This document shows, one piece after another, positions 19,047 to 28,460 of a stretch of 64,000 bases of DNA. Both the position numbers and the translations under genes were made by a program. The DNA lies in contig JBDIBD010000001.1 in assembly GCA_039812725.1 (NCBI GenBank), positions 3,550 to 67,549 of the forward strand, read 5' to 3'. Below the pieces are notes generated by a model, which saw nothing but the letters and a program-made list of their open reading frames with translations, ran no database searches and was not told the DNA's origin. The DNA is from Vicinamibacteria bacterium (lineage in GTDB: Bacteria; Acidobacteriota; Vicinamibacteria; Fen-336). The stretch's first letter is position 1; every line of letters begins with the position of its first letter.

Positions 19047-19964
19047 ATGACAGAACCTCAGATGAGCAGGGCGACGCCGCGAGACGTCCTCGAACGAGCG
19101 TGTGCAGTGATCGCGAAGCCGACCCGCGCCAACCGGGTGGCGACGGCCGCGTGGCTCGCTGCGTGGCTGATCCGGCGGTCTGTGCCATCAATGATCCTCG
19201 CGCCCCCGTCTGACTGCCCGACCCTCAACACCCTCGTCCGGCGGTTACTTGGACCCCACGGTACCGAGCGACCGCCGGCGGCACCCCTGTTGGTCATGAA
19301 TGCAGACTGGCACGGCGCCAGCACGGTTGAGGTGTATCTGCACGACCCCCTCTATGTTCTCGCGCCCGTCCCGTCGTTGGGCCTGAAGGCTGGGGACTTT
19401 GTGCACGTTCGGGACATTGATTACGCGGCACAGGGCGCCAAGGTGACTGTGGCGACGTCGGGCGGCGAGGTGACCTGCGTCCTACCCTCCGACGCACGCG
19501 ATGCGCTCCCACTGGCGGTCGGATACGCAGTGCCGGCGAGTCTGCCGGTGCGAGGTCAGCATGGGGTGCTCATCATGGTCGACGACGGCGCCTACCCTCT
19601 GGTCCTGAGCGCTCCCGCGCGCGCGCACGAGTGGATGGACTCGGCGGCGGGCACTGTCGTGGTCAGCGACTCGTACTCCAGACTCGAGCGGGGCGCCTAC
19701 GAGACGCTGACCACGGGCTCCTATCGCCCGTGGGAGCACAGCCTATTCGGATGGAAGCCGTACCCCGAGGACGAGATCGACTGGGCACTCGAGCAAGCAG
19801 CGAACCTGGCCTTCTGCAGGCGGCGAGGTGGTGACGGTCCAGACGACATCCCAGTCGAACAAGCAAGGCAACTGCTCAGTCAGGCATCGGGCTCGCCTCC
19901 TGGGATGGCTGCCCTCTGCTCATGGCTCAGTTCCGTTAGTCCATTTCGCACCTTCGGACGCTAG
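19047..19964 (+). CDS. hypothetical protein
   Basis: ATG at 19047 with AAGGAG RBS 8 nt upstream; 305 aa; no recognised domain; lies in GC-poorer junction after the SWIM operon. Confidence 0.55.
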   Translation: MTEPQMSRATPRDVLERACAVIAKPTRANRVATAAWLAAWLIRRSVPSMILAPPSDCPTLNTLVRRLLGPHGTERPPAAPLLVMNADWHGASTVEVYLHDPLYVLAPVPSLGLKAGDFVHVRDIDYAAQGAKVTVATSGGEVTCVLPSDARDALPLAVGYAVPASLPVRGQHGVLIMVDDGAYPLVLSAPARAHEWMDSAAGTVVVSDSYSRLERGAYETLTTGSYRPWEHSLFGWKPYPEDEIDWALEQAANLAFCRRRGGDGPDDIPVEQARQLLSQASGSPPGMAALCSWLSSVSPFRTFGR

Positions 19965-19984
19965 TCCTGATTAGGAGGAGAATC

Positions 19985-20185
19985 ATGAAACTGAAGACGC
20001 TGTTGAATATCCGGACCGTCAGCGCGATGACCGCGCGATCGCGGAGCTCGATCTACCGCGACGTGCGCGCGGGCAAATTCCCGCCGCCGCTGCAGATCGG
20101 CCCCCACAGCGTGGCGTTCCGGCTCGACGACATCGAGTCATGGATCGCGAGCCGGCCCGTCGCCGGCGGGGGAGGCCGCTCGTGA
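19985..20185 (+). CDS. AlpA family phage regulatory protein / excisionase-like HTH
   Basis: 66 aa; LLNIRTVSAMTARSRSSIYRDVRAGKFPPP matches AlpA/MerR-like HTH; RBS AGGAGGAG 5 nt before ATG. Confidence 0.75.
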   Translation: MKLKTLLNIRTVSAMTARSRSSIYRDVRAGKFPPPLQIGPHSVAFRLDDIESWIASRPVAGGGGRS

Positions 20186-20445
20186 GAGCCGCACGCGGAT
20201 GGGTCTCACCGCTCCAGCGCGTGGAGAACATCACCCTCAACCTGCGGCTGCCCGCGAGCCTCGTCGCCGAGCTGGACGCGTACGCCGAGTACGTGGGGGG
20301 CGAGTCGGATCGGCGCTACGTCGCCCACCAGATCGTCGCGTCCTACCTCGCGAGGGACAAGGAGTTCCGCAACTGGCTGGAGTCCCGGCCGACCCGCGAA
20401 ACCCCGCCGGCGGGGCCCGCGCCGGTCGTGCCGCCCCGCCCCTAG
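20182..20445 (+). CDS. hypothetical protein (possible RHH-like small protein)
   Basis: GTG overlapping the AlpA stop (GTGA), GGGGGAGG upstream; 87 aa. Confidence 0.4.
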   Translation: MRAARGWVSPLQRVENITLNLRLPASLVAELDAYAEYVGGESDRRYVAHQIVASYLARDKEFRNWLESRPTRETPPAGPAPVVPPRP

Positions 20446-20666
20446 CCGCACAGGACCGAGGGCCTGCTCGAGCGCAGGCCCTCGGCTCCCCCCGGGTCCA
20501 GGGCAGAGCCCTGGCACTGCGGCGCCCCCGGGGGCGCCCACCTGCGAAGCCCGGCGCCAGCCGCACTTCACGGGGGACACACGCCGACTCGCAGCACCCA
20601 GCCGGCTCGCGACCGCAACCACCCACCCCGCGGAATCAGCCCTCGCGCTCTCCCCAGCTTTCCGTC

Positions 20667-23504
20667 CTAGCGTTCGATTCCGCTGCTCCGGTTCTTCTCG
20701 ACCAGACTCTCCATGCCCTTCCCGTCGCCCAGTCCAAGGCCCAGATCCTCGAAGGCTGCAGCGTCCTCCTCCTCGACTGAGAGACCCGCGGGCTGGTCAT
20801 CGAGGCGGATCTCGGGCTCGTGCTCCGGGCGCTGAGCCTCCCAGTCGCGTCTGACCTCGTCCGGGCTGGGCTGTTCCTTCCGCTGCTGCCTCACCCGCTC
20901 GAGAACCTCGATGGCGGTCTCCGTATCGTCGGTGATGAGCGTGGCCTCGCGCCGGCCTCGGCTGAGCGCGACGTAGGCCACTTCGGGGTTGATGTAGCGC
21001 GCCGCGGTGGAGAGGATCACGCGGTCGACGGTGCGTCCCTGGGCCCGGTAGGTCGTCGAGGCGTAGCCGTAGTCGAGCGCGATCGGGAAACTGAGCGCCA
21101 TCGACAGGAAGGTCTTCCGCTGGCCTTCGCCCGGCCGATCGAGCTCGACCAGGAGGCTATCGGGCTGGATCGCCCGAACCGTTCCCACGCTCCCGTTGTC
21201 GATGCCGAGGTTCCGGAACGCCTCCCGAAACTCGATGCGCTCCCCCACCGCCAGCTCGCGCCTTATCGGCTCGTAGACAGCGAGCTTCAGGATTTCCCTG
21301 GGCTTGAAGGTCGCCAGTCGGCCGTCCGCCATGCGCAGGTTCACCCACGCCTTGCTCGAGCTCACGACCTGTCCCCGCTCCCCGGCCCGGAACAGGTCGC
21401 TCTTGTGATGGAACACGACTGTGTCGCCGCGGCGGAAGTTCCGGGCGTCCCGGCGATCGACCTCCGTCAGGTCGCGGGGGCTCAGGCACTCGAGCTTGAC
21501 GCCCTCGCGCGCCACCTGCCCCGCCTCGATCCGGAGGGCCCGCACGCCGTCGTTGACCGCGTGACGCTCGGCGTTGGTGCCCGTGCAGACGAGCACTGTC
21601 CCCAGCTCGCTGGCTGCCATGTAGCGGGCCACGGCTTCCTCGAGGCGTCCCTGGCCGGTGCGCTTTGGCACCACCGAGCCCAGGTCCGAGAGGCGCTCCA
21701 GCGCCTCCTGCATCCGGCCCTCGGCTGCGGCCTCCACCACCGCCTTCAGCTCGGGGGCATCCCTCTGGCGCTGGATGTCCTTGAGAAGCCTGGACTGCAT
21801 ACCCTTCTCGAGGAGCTGCGCGAACGGCCGGCCGGCGGCCACCGCGCCGTGCTGGGCGGGGTCACCCAGGAAGACGATCCGTGCGCCGGCCGCGCGGGAG
21901 CGCGCCAGCGCCGCCTCGAAGAGCCGGGAGTCCATCATCCCGGCCTCGTCGAAGAGCCAGAGCTGGCGCCCGGCCTGGTTCCGGGGCCCGTGGGAGGCCA
22001 GTCCCTGTGCCGTGTCCGCCGCGAGCTGGATCTCCTGGAGGCCCCTCGTCGCGGGCCCCGTGGGGGCGAAACCCGCGACCTGCCAGCCGGCGTCGATGAG
22101 GATCTGGTGGAGCGCCTTCGTCAGGTGCGTCTTGCCGACGCCGGCCCGGCCCACCACGCCGACCATCTCGTCGCGCGACGAGAGGATCATCCGGATGGCG
22201 TCGGCCTGCTCGCCGGACAGGCCCCACCCTTCCAGGTCGGGGACGCTCTCGAAGACCGGCCGGTAGCGGCCGCAGCCGGCGCGCCATCCCCCGATGATGC
22301 GCTCCCGGCTCTGGACGGCCTCCGGAGTGGTCACCCAGCCCTTGGCGACGTAGATGGCGGCCGGGTTGTCGGGGGCGAACGCCGAGCGCCGGTTGATCTC
22401 GGCATCCACATGTTCGGGCGTTGCGAAACCCCGGGCCCGGGCCAGCCCCTCCGCTTTCAGGTCCATCAGCCTGAAGGTCTCCTGGCGCTCGGACAAGTGA
22501 GAGAGGGCCTGATCGACCGCCTCCCAGGCCATGGCCGGCCCCGGCACCGGCCTCTCGGACTTGCGCCCCAGCGTGCGCAGCTCAGCCAGAGAGGGGATCT
22601 TCAACTCGGCCGCCAGCTCGCGCCAGGCGGCGTACCGCTCGGCGCGTTCGGGCAGGCTCTTGGGCGGTTGGGTGCGGGACGCTGCGGCCCCCATCTGGCG
22701 GCCCCGGAGCGGCCCGAAGTCCGGCAATTCACCCTTCCCGGCCGCGGCGTCGATGATCTCCATCCGGCGGCTGCTGAGCGCCTCGATCTGCGCGCGCGTG
22801 ATCCCGGCGATCTCGGGCTGGCCCTGCGAGCCGAACTCGATCCCGTAACCGAGCCCCCGCAGTTCCTGGGTGAGGGCCTGCCGATAGACCGCCGTGGCCA
22901 GCCGCTGCGCGTTCCACATCTCACGCTGCTCCACGGCACGGAAGGCACCGTCTGGGCGGAAGGTGACGTTGCACAGGGGTGCGTGGGAGTGGAGGTGCGG
23001 CTCGTTGGTCCGGCTGGCGTCGTGGTGGAAGATCCCGAAGAGCGCCTCGCCGGTGTGGATCTTCAGGCGCCCGCCGGCGGCCCAGGCCTGGATGTGCTTC
23101 TCCAGCTCGCCCAGGGCCGCCCGAGTGGCTTTCTGGTGAGCCCCGATCACGCCCTGGTCCCCCAGGACCAGGCCCACGATCGAGACCGACTTCGGAGCAG
23201 CCGCCATGAAGTCGCCCAGCAGGCGGGGACCGTCCTTTGGGGTGCGCCCGCCGGCCCCGTGGAGGCGCGTCCCGTCAGCCAAGCGCCCCTCTCGCAGAGC
23301 CGCGAAGTCCTTGGGATCGATGGCGCTACCAGCCGGAAGGCCCACTCGGTCGCCGAGCTTCCCGAACCACTCCGTCTCGACCCCGGGCTCTTCCCAGTAG
23401 TACATCGGGTCCTCGTACTGGAGCCCTGGGCGAATCACTGCGGCGGCACCTCCACTCGGGAATATAGATCCATTTCTAGGGATCTGTCGAGTGCCCACTA
23501 CCAT
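20667..23504 (-). CDS. MobF-family conjugative relaxase (TrwC/TraA-like) with C-terminal RecD-like helicase
   Basis: N-terminal TrwC signature (MVVGTRQ...YEDPMYYWEE...EWFGKLGDRVGL); 3-His metal site HLHSHAP; helicase P-loop GRAGVGKTH; ATG at 23504 chosen by TrwC N-terminal homology (track ORF extends to 23663 through an Arg-rich leader). Confidence 0.85.
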   Translation of the reverse strand: MVVGTRQIPRNGSIFPSGGAAAVIRPGLQYEDPMYYWEEPGVETEWFGKLGDRVGLPAGSAIDPKDFAALREGRLADGTRLHGAGGRTPKDGPRLLGDFMAAAPKSVSIVGLVLGDQGVIGAHQKATRAALGELEKHIQAWAAGGRLKIHTGEALFGIFHHDASRTNEPHLHSHAPLCNVTFRPDGAFRAVEQREMWNAQRLATAVYRQALTQELRGLGYGIEFGSQGQPEIAGITRAQIEALSSRRMEIIDAAAGKGELPDFGPLRGRQMGAAASRTQPPKSLPERAERYAAWRELAAELKIPSLAELRTLGRKSERPVPGPAMAWEAVDQALSHLSERQETFRLMDLKAEGLARARGFATPEHVDAEINRRSAFAPDNPAAIYVAKGWVTTPEAVQSRERIIGGWRAGCGRYRPVFESVPDLEGWGLSGEQADAIRMILSSRDEMVGVVGRAGVGKTHLTKALHQILIDAGWQVAGFAPTGPATRGLQEIQLAADTAQGLASHGPRNQAGRQLWLFDEAGMMDSRLFEAALARSRAAGARIVFLGDPAQHGAVAAGRPFAQLLEKGMQSRLLKDIQRQRDAPELKAVVEAAAEGRMQEALERLSDLGSVVPKRTGQGRLEEAVARYMAASELGTVLVCTGTNAERHAVNDGVRALRIEAGQVAREGVKLECLSPRDLTEVDRRDARNFRRGDTVVFHHKSDLFRAGERGQVVSSSKAWVNLRMADGRLATFKPREILKLAVYEPIRRELAVGERIEFREAFRNLGIDNGSVGTVRAIQPDSLLVELDRPGEGQRKTFLSMALSFPIALDYGYASTTYRAQGRTVDRVILSTAARYINPEVAYVALSRGRREATLITDDTETAIEVLERVRQQRKEQPSPDEVRRDWEAQRPEHEPEIRLDDQPAGLSVEEEDAAAFEDLGLGLGDGKGMESLVEKNRSSGIER
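23466..23485. promoter_or_regulatory. AT-rich inverted repeat AGATCC-N8-GGATCT immediately upstream of relaxase start; candidate oriT/nic region or divergent promoter
   Basis: Seen in sequence: locally GC-poor (aatatagatccatttctagggatctg); adjacent CCATTTC direct repeats; coordinates approximate. Confidence 0.25.
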
Positions 23505-23533
23505 TTCCTTTGTCACCGGAGTATGATCCACCC

Positions 23534-24034
23534 GTGGCCCGACCCCGAAAGCTCCCCGCCGCCACCTCCTCCGCCCACCGTGACGCCGCCTACGCCCTCG
23601 GACGCCGTGTCCTCGAGCGCCAGGGTTTCCAGCACTTGGGCCAGATCGCTCTCGAGGCCGCACGCTCTGACGCCGACATCGCCCGCGTCCTGCTCACCCA
23701 CGTCCACAACTGGACCCACCTGAACGCCCTCAAGAACGCCAACGCCCGCGCCGCCCTCGAGCCCTTCGTCGGAGCGCTGGAAGATGCGGCCGAGATCAAG
23801 CCGCCGGGCCAGGACGGCCCGGAGGTGGAGCGGCTGTTCCGAGCGCTGTCCACCGCGGCTCACTACATGGGGCTCGAGCAGGCTGCGGCCCTGGCGGGAA
23901 TCCCAGGCCGCAGCGGCGAGCGCGTCCTCGAGCTGGCTCGTGCCTACTCGCACCTGTTCGTCGTGAACGAGCGAGACAAGACCGTCGGCGCTCGGGACCG
24001 GTTCCGACTCTTCGGCACGCCGGGGCGGGGCTGA
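23534..24034 (+). CDS. hypothetical protein
   Basis: Strong GC3 bias; GTG at 23534 with GGAG 12 nt upstream (track TTG start at 23510 would abut the relaxase start); start uncertain. Confidence 0.4.
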   Translation: MARPRKLPAATSSAHRDAAYALGRRVLERQGFQHLGQIALEAARSDADIARVLLTHVHNWTHLNALKNANARAALEPFVGALEDAAEIKPPGQDGPEVERLFRALSTAAHYMGLEQAAALAGIPGRSGERVLELARAYSHLFVVNERDKTVGARDRFRLFGTPGRG

Positions 24035-24326
24035 AAGTCGCGCCGCCGGCCCGGGTGGACCCCGGGCGGCACAGTCGCGGGTACGGTGGGAGCATGAAGT
24101 CTCGCGGCTCAGCTCGGGGGCTCCGGCCGGAGCCTCTCCCCCACACCTCAGACCACAGAGTCGAGGCGCGGCTTTGGAGAGCCGACCGTGGGCGCCTCGA
24201 GCGGATCCGCCGCCTGGTCCTCGGAGGTGTCAAGGAGGCCGAGCGCCCGGCGGCGCCTGCCGCTGCAGGTGCCTGCGCTTGCCTGGAAGGCGTCACGCCG
24301 AGTCCGTGCGAGAACAGGGGGAATCG

Positions 24327-24728
24327 ATGACTGCGAGCCTTGTCGAATTCGAGCGCGCACGTGCGGCACGCACCGAGAAGCGGGACGCCGCCGCTCTCCA
24401 CGCCTACCGCAAGGCCCTGACCGACGGCCAGGACACCATCGGCGCGATCCTGGCCACGGCCGCGGTCTGCCTCGACATCGGCGACAACAAGAAGGCCCGC
24501 ATCCTCCTCGCCTCGGCCGTCATCCTGCTGCCCATCGAGCGTGTCGAGGGCCGCGACCCGCGCGCCGGCGAGGTCTACGGCATGCTGGGCGTCGCCTGGG
24601 CTCGCCTCGGCAACCTCGACGAGGCCCGCCACGCGCTGGCGAAGTCCATCGCCGAGGACGAAGGCGACTTCATCGCCAGCTGCCCCGAGGCCCAGGAGGC
24701 GTCCCAGAAGGCCTGGACCTTCCAGTGA
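24327..24728 (+). CDS. hypothetical protein (133 aa)
   Basis: ATG at 24327 with AGGGGGA RBS; a fragment homologous to its 3' end recurs inverted at 61619-61750. Confidence 0.5.
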   Translation: MTASLVEFERARAARTEKRDAAALHAYRKALTDGQDTIGAILATAAVCLDIGDNKKARILLASAVILLPIERVEGRDPRAGEVYGMLGVAWARLGNLDEARHALAKSIAEDEGDFIASCPEAQEASQKAWTFQ

Positions 24729-25294
24729 GCTCCAAGGCGGGCGCGCTCAGCACAGCCGAGCTGCTCGACGTGCACCGGGAGCTCGCCCGAAACAACCCGG
24801 ACGACCCAGAGGCCTGGGCGCTTCTCTCCGCGGCCTACCTGGCCGTGGGGCAGCGCGCCCAGGCCATCCACGCCAAACGGATCGGCGTCGAAGCCCAGAT
24901 CGCTCGCGTTCCCGCGCTGGAACGCACCCTCCGCGGGCCCCAGCTGGCCATGCCGCTCCAGGGCCTGGCCGAGGTGTTCCTCAGGGAAAAGCTGTTCGAC
25001 GACTCGCTCGACATGTTGCGCCGGGCCGCACGGGTGGCCGAGGACCGCGGCACCTCCCTGAGCTACGCTCGCATGCTCGGCGCCTACGGCCGGCCCGAGC
25101 AGGCCATCTCCGAGCTCCGACGGATCACTCGACGCTGGCCCGACGCGGAGACCTACGGCCTCCTCGGCCTGGCCTGCGCCCAGTTCGGCCGAGACGGCGA
25201 AGCGCGCGACGCGCTCGTCCTCAGCCATGAGCTCGACCCGGCCTGGGTCAACGACGACTGCGATCGCCAAGACCTACTCATCGCACTCCTCTAG
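24725..25294 (+). CDS. TPR-like repeat hypothetical protein
   Basis: GTG overlapping the upstream stop (GTGA), translational coupling; helical repeat composition (AWALLSAAYLAVGQRAQA...). Confidence 0.5.
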   Translation: MSSKAGALSTAELLDVHRELARNNPDDPEAWALLSAAYLAVGQRAQAIHAKRIGVEAQIARVPALERTLRGPQLAMPLQGLAEVFLREKLFDDSLDMLRRAARVAEDRGTSLSYARMLGAYGRPEQAISELRRITRRWPDAETYGLLGLACAQFGRDGEARDALVLSHELDPAWVNDDCDRQDLLIALL

Positions 25295-25870
25295 TGCGAG
25301 GGCGCAGGCGCCACATCTACAGGACGATGGAAGGCGAGCGATTGGTCGTCCACGGCCCGCACGCCCCCGGCTTCCGGGGCGGCGATGCCAGCCTCGACTG
25401 CCTCCGCTACCAGGTCGGGGTCTTGGTGGTCGATCACGCCGGGGCCTCCGGCCACTACGGCTTCGTTAACCGGGTGGCCGGGCGCTCCTCCTTGGCGACG
25501 GGGCCTTGGCGGCGCCCCCCACTGCGCGTCCTCGGCCAGACCGACCACCGTCTACACCCGCACCAGGAGGCGGTCCCAGGCGGGCCCCGGCCCGCCCACC
25601 GCGACAAGGACTGCCACGGCCGTCGTGTCCTGGTCCAGCAGGAAGTGCTGGGCCGCGCGCAGGAGCGGGTCGGCTTCGGTCACGCAGCTAGTCTGGACCG
25701 CACTGCCGGGGCGCGACCGGGGCCTTGTGACGCGTTCGCGGGCGACACAACTAGGGAGGGCTCCGTCCCACCCCGGCGGCCCTGGGGCCAGTTGCGCGCC
25801 GCGTCGGTCCAAGGCCATGCTCGCCCTACTCGCAGGGTCCACACCTGCGCACGACGGGGAGGTTGGCCAG

Positions 25871-28126
25871 ATGAGACCGAAGGTCCTGGCGGCAGTGACA
25901 GTCCTCTCCATGGCCTCCCCCCCGGCTTTCGCCGAGGAACTCTCGCGCCAGGAGCAGCTCACGCGGCTCCTGAGCGCGCCGCGCATCGAGTCGCCCACGG
26001 TCAGTCCCGACGGCCAGTGGGTGGCCTACCTCCTCGAAGACGGGGTCTGGCGGGTCCATACCGCCGGGGGCGAGCCGGAGCGGCTCATGGACGAACAGGA
26101 AAGCCTCGGGGCGCTGTCCTGGAGCCCCACGGGCCAATGGCTCTCGTACGTCGCCGACGACAGGAATGCGCGCTCGCAGCTAAGGGCCTTGCCGGCCCGG
26201 ATGGGCGGGCCGCGCCAGTTCACATCGCTGCGCTCTGGCCAGATCGTCGAGTACGAGTGGTCCCCGAACGGCAGCCAGGTGGCTGTCCTGATCGAGGAGC
26301 CGGTCGAGATCCAGAAGTCAACGGGTTCGCCTCGCTACACCGGCGACCCGATCTCCCTCGAGTACAAGGACGCTGACGTTCGGGACGTCCTGCTGAAGTT
26401 CGGCGAAATCAGCGGCCTCAGCTTCCTGATCGACGGGGACGTGAGCGGCAGGGTGACACTGCGCCTTGACCAGGTCCCTTGGGACCAGGCGCTGGACGTC
26501 ATCCTGAAGTCGGCCGGACTGAGCTACGTCTTGGACGACACCATCGTCCGCATTGGACACCTCTCCACCCTGACTTCGGACAAGCCCCAGCCGCCCTCCG
26601 AGCCGCTGGTGATCCGGACGCTCGACTTCAAGCGCGAGGGCACGGGATACCAGCGGGCAACCAGGATGCGCGTGACGGTGGTCGACGTCCCCTCCGGAAA
26701 GGAGCACCCGCTCGACCTCGCCGGTCTCAAGGCCAGCGACCTGGCCTGGGCGCCGGACGGCAAGACCCTGGCGTTCTCGGGCGCGCCGCCGCCAACCCCA
26801 CCGGACAACGCACGCACCGACTACGACCTGTACGTCGTCCCCCTGGACGGCTCGTCCCCGCCGCGCGTCGTGGTGTCTGGCGACGGCGACCAGGATGCAC
26901 CAGCCTTCTCGCGGGACGGGAAGATGCTGGCCTTCAGGACCGAGCACGACCCCGCAGCGTACCCATACTCCGGGTACGACCTGGCCTTGGCAAGCCTGGC
27001 AGATGGTGCGCAGCGGCGCCTTGGCCCGCCGCTCGATCGTGACTTGGGGCGACCTCAGTTCACCGCTGACGGCAAGGGCCTCCTCTTCCTGCTCGAGGAC
27101 GGGGGGGCCGTGCACCTGGCCCGGATGGACGTGGGCTCCGGGCGACTGGATCGGATGGTGGCAGGCGATCGTACGGTGGAGGCGGCCAGTCGGGTGCCGG
27201 ACGGCCGGTTCGTCGTGCTGGAGGGCGATGGCCAGAGGGCCGCCGAGCTCTCGCTGTTCGCGGCAGGCAAGGCACGCCTGCTTGTTCCGACCAACAAAGC
27301 CTTGGACGGTGTAGCCCTGGGTAAGGTGGAGCGCTGGCGGGTGCGTTCGACCGATGGCACCTGGGTCGACGGTTTCATCGTGAAGCCTCCGAACCCTAGC
27401 CCGCAGCCGGGGCCGGGGATCCTCTGGTTGCACGGTGGTCCGAACACGCAAGCCACGGCATCCCTGAATCGCGACTGGCAGGCACTCGCCCTGGCCGGCT
27501 ACACCGTGATCGCACCGAACCCTCGCGGTTCGTCGGGCTATGGCACTGCCTACGCCGCGGCGATCAAGGGCGCCTGGGGCACCCACGACTTCGACGACGC
27601 CATGGCCGCTCTCGATGCCGCGGTCAGCGCAGGCCTGGTCGACCCCCAACGCCTGGGCGTCGGGGGCTGGAGCTACGGAGGCTGGCTCACGAACCACATC
27701 CTGACCCGCACGACGCGCTTCCGCGCCGCTGTGTCGGGAGCGGGACTCTCAAACCTCTTTGCGGATCTGGGGGTGAGCGACACGGCGACGAGGATGGAGG
27801 CCGAGTTGGGTCTGCCGTGGGAGAATCCTGAGGCCTGGCGCCGCCATTCGCCGTGGTTCGAGGCGCAGAAGGTCAAGACACCCACGCTGGTGCTGTGCGG
27901 CCAGAACGACGTGCGCACGCCACCATCCCAATCCGAGCTGTGGTACTTCGCGCTGCGCCGGCTCGGGGTCGAGAGCGAGCTCGTGATCTACCCGGGCGAA
28001 GGCCACGGGGCCCGAAGCCGTGAGACCGCGAAGGACCGCATCGAGCGCACTCTTGCCTGGTTCGACCGCTTCCTTGCGGCGGACGGGCCGGCCCCACGCC
28101 CTACGACCGCTCCTGCCAGCCCGTGA
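25871..28126 (+). CDS. secreted S9 family serine peptidase (prolyl oligopeptidase/acylaminoacyl-peptidase-like) with beta-propeller and an inserted secretin-N (PilQ N-domain-like) module
   Basis: Signal peptide MRPKVLAAVTVLSMASPPAFA; secretin-N-like DVRDVLLKFGEISGLSFLIDGDVSGRVTLRLDQVPWDQALDVILKSAGLSYVL; catalytic GGWSYGG (GxSxGG) and C-terminal S9 hydrolase fold; RBS GGGAGG. Confidence 0.8.
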   Translation: MRPKVLAAVTVLSMASPPAFAEELSRQEQLTRLLSAPRIESPTVSPDGQWVAYLLEDGVWRVHTAGGEPERLMDEQESLGALSWSPTGQWLSYVADDRNARSQLRALPARMGGPRQFTSLRSGQIVEYEWSPNGSQVAVLIEEPVEIQKSTGSPRYTGDPISLEYKDADVRDVLLKFGEISGLSFLIDGDVSGRVTLRLDQVPWDQALDVILKSAGLSYVLDDTIVRIGHLSTLTSDKPQPPSEPLVIRTLDFKREGTGYQRATRMRVTVVDVPSGKEHPLDLAGLKASDLAWAPDGKTLAFSGAPPPTPPDNARTDYDLYVVPLDGSSPPRVVVSGDGDQDAPAFSRDGKMLAFRTEHDPAAYPYSGYDLALASLADGAQRRLGPPLDRDLGRPQFTADGKGLLFLLEDGGAVHLARMDVGSGRLDRMVAGDRTVEAASRVPDGRFVVLEGDGQRAAELSLFAAGKARLLVPTNKALDGVALGKVERWRVRSTDGTWVDGFIVKPPNPSPQPGPGILWLHGGPNTQATASLNRDWQALALAGYTVIAPNPRGSSGYGTAYAAAIKGAWGTHDFDDAMAALDAAVSAGLVDPQRLGVGGWSYGGWLTNHILTRTTRFRAAVSGAGLSNLFADLGVSDTATRMEAELGLPWENPEAWRRHSPWFEAQKVKTPTLVLCGQNDVRTPPSQSELWYFALRRLGVESELVIYPGEGHGARSRETAKDRIERTLAWFDRFLAADGPAPRPTTAPASP

Positions 28127-28188
28127 GACGCCTCAACGCAGGCCCAGCCAGGCCCTTCGCTTGCCGTCGAACGTACACGGAGGAACCC

Positions 28189-28389
28189 GTGCCGACGACG
28201 CCAGAAGAGAAGCTGAAGAGGCTGGAGAAGCTGGCGGACGCCATCCTGGACTGCCGGGAGAGATGTCAACAGCAGCCGGGCGAGTCGGAGGAGGCGTTCC
28301 CGGCGCGGCTCGACGCGATGCCGGAGGAGGACCAAGGCCTGCTGCTCCTGGGGCTCCTCGGATCCCAGAGCACTCTCAATAGGACATGA
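28189..28389 (+). CDS. small hypothetical protein (66 aa)
   Basis: GTG with GGAGGA RBS; mostly GC3-biased; weak. Confidence 0.3.
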   Translation: MPTTPEEKLKRLEKLADAILDCRERCQQQPGESEEAFPARLDAMPEEDQGLLLLGLLGSQSTLNRT

Positions 28390-28460
28390 CTCGCCCCCCA
28401 TTTCTTCGCGAACTGGGGCGCCGGACCCTCTATCATCATTCCCAAGCCCGGGGGAACCCC

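Larger units (their letters stand above)
18940..23533. mobile_element. remnant integrative/mobilizable element (hypothetical, AlpA-like regulator, small ORF, MobF relaxase); no integrase or tRNA in window
   Basis: GC drops at both borders (18940-19046, 23400-23533); relaxase + AlpA is a typical IME/ICE module; boundaries approximate. Confidence 0.4.

Noticed and set aside
20820-23723. 967-aa plus-strand ORF
   Set aside because: Antisense to the relaxase gene.
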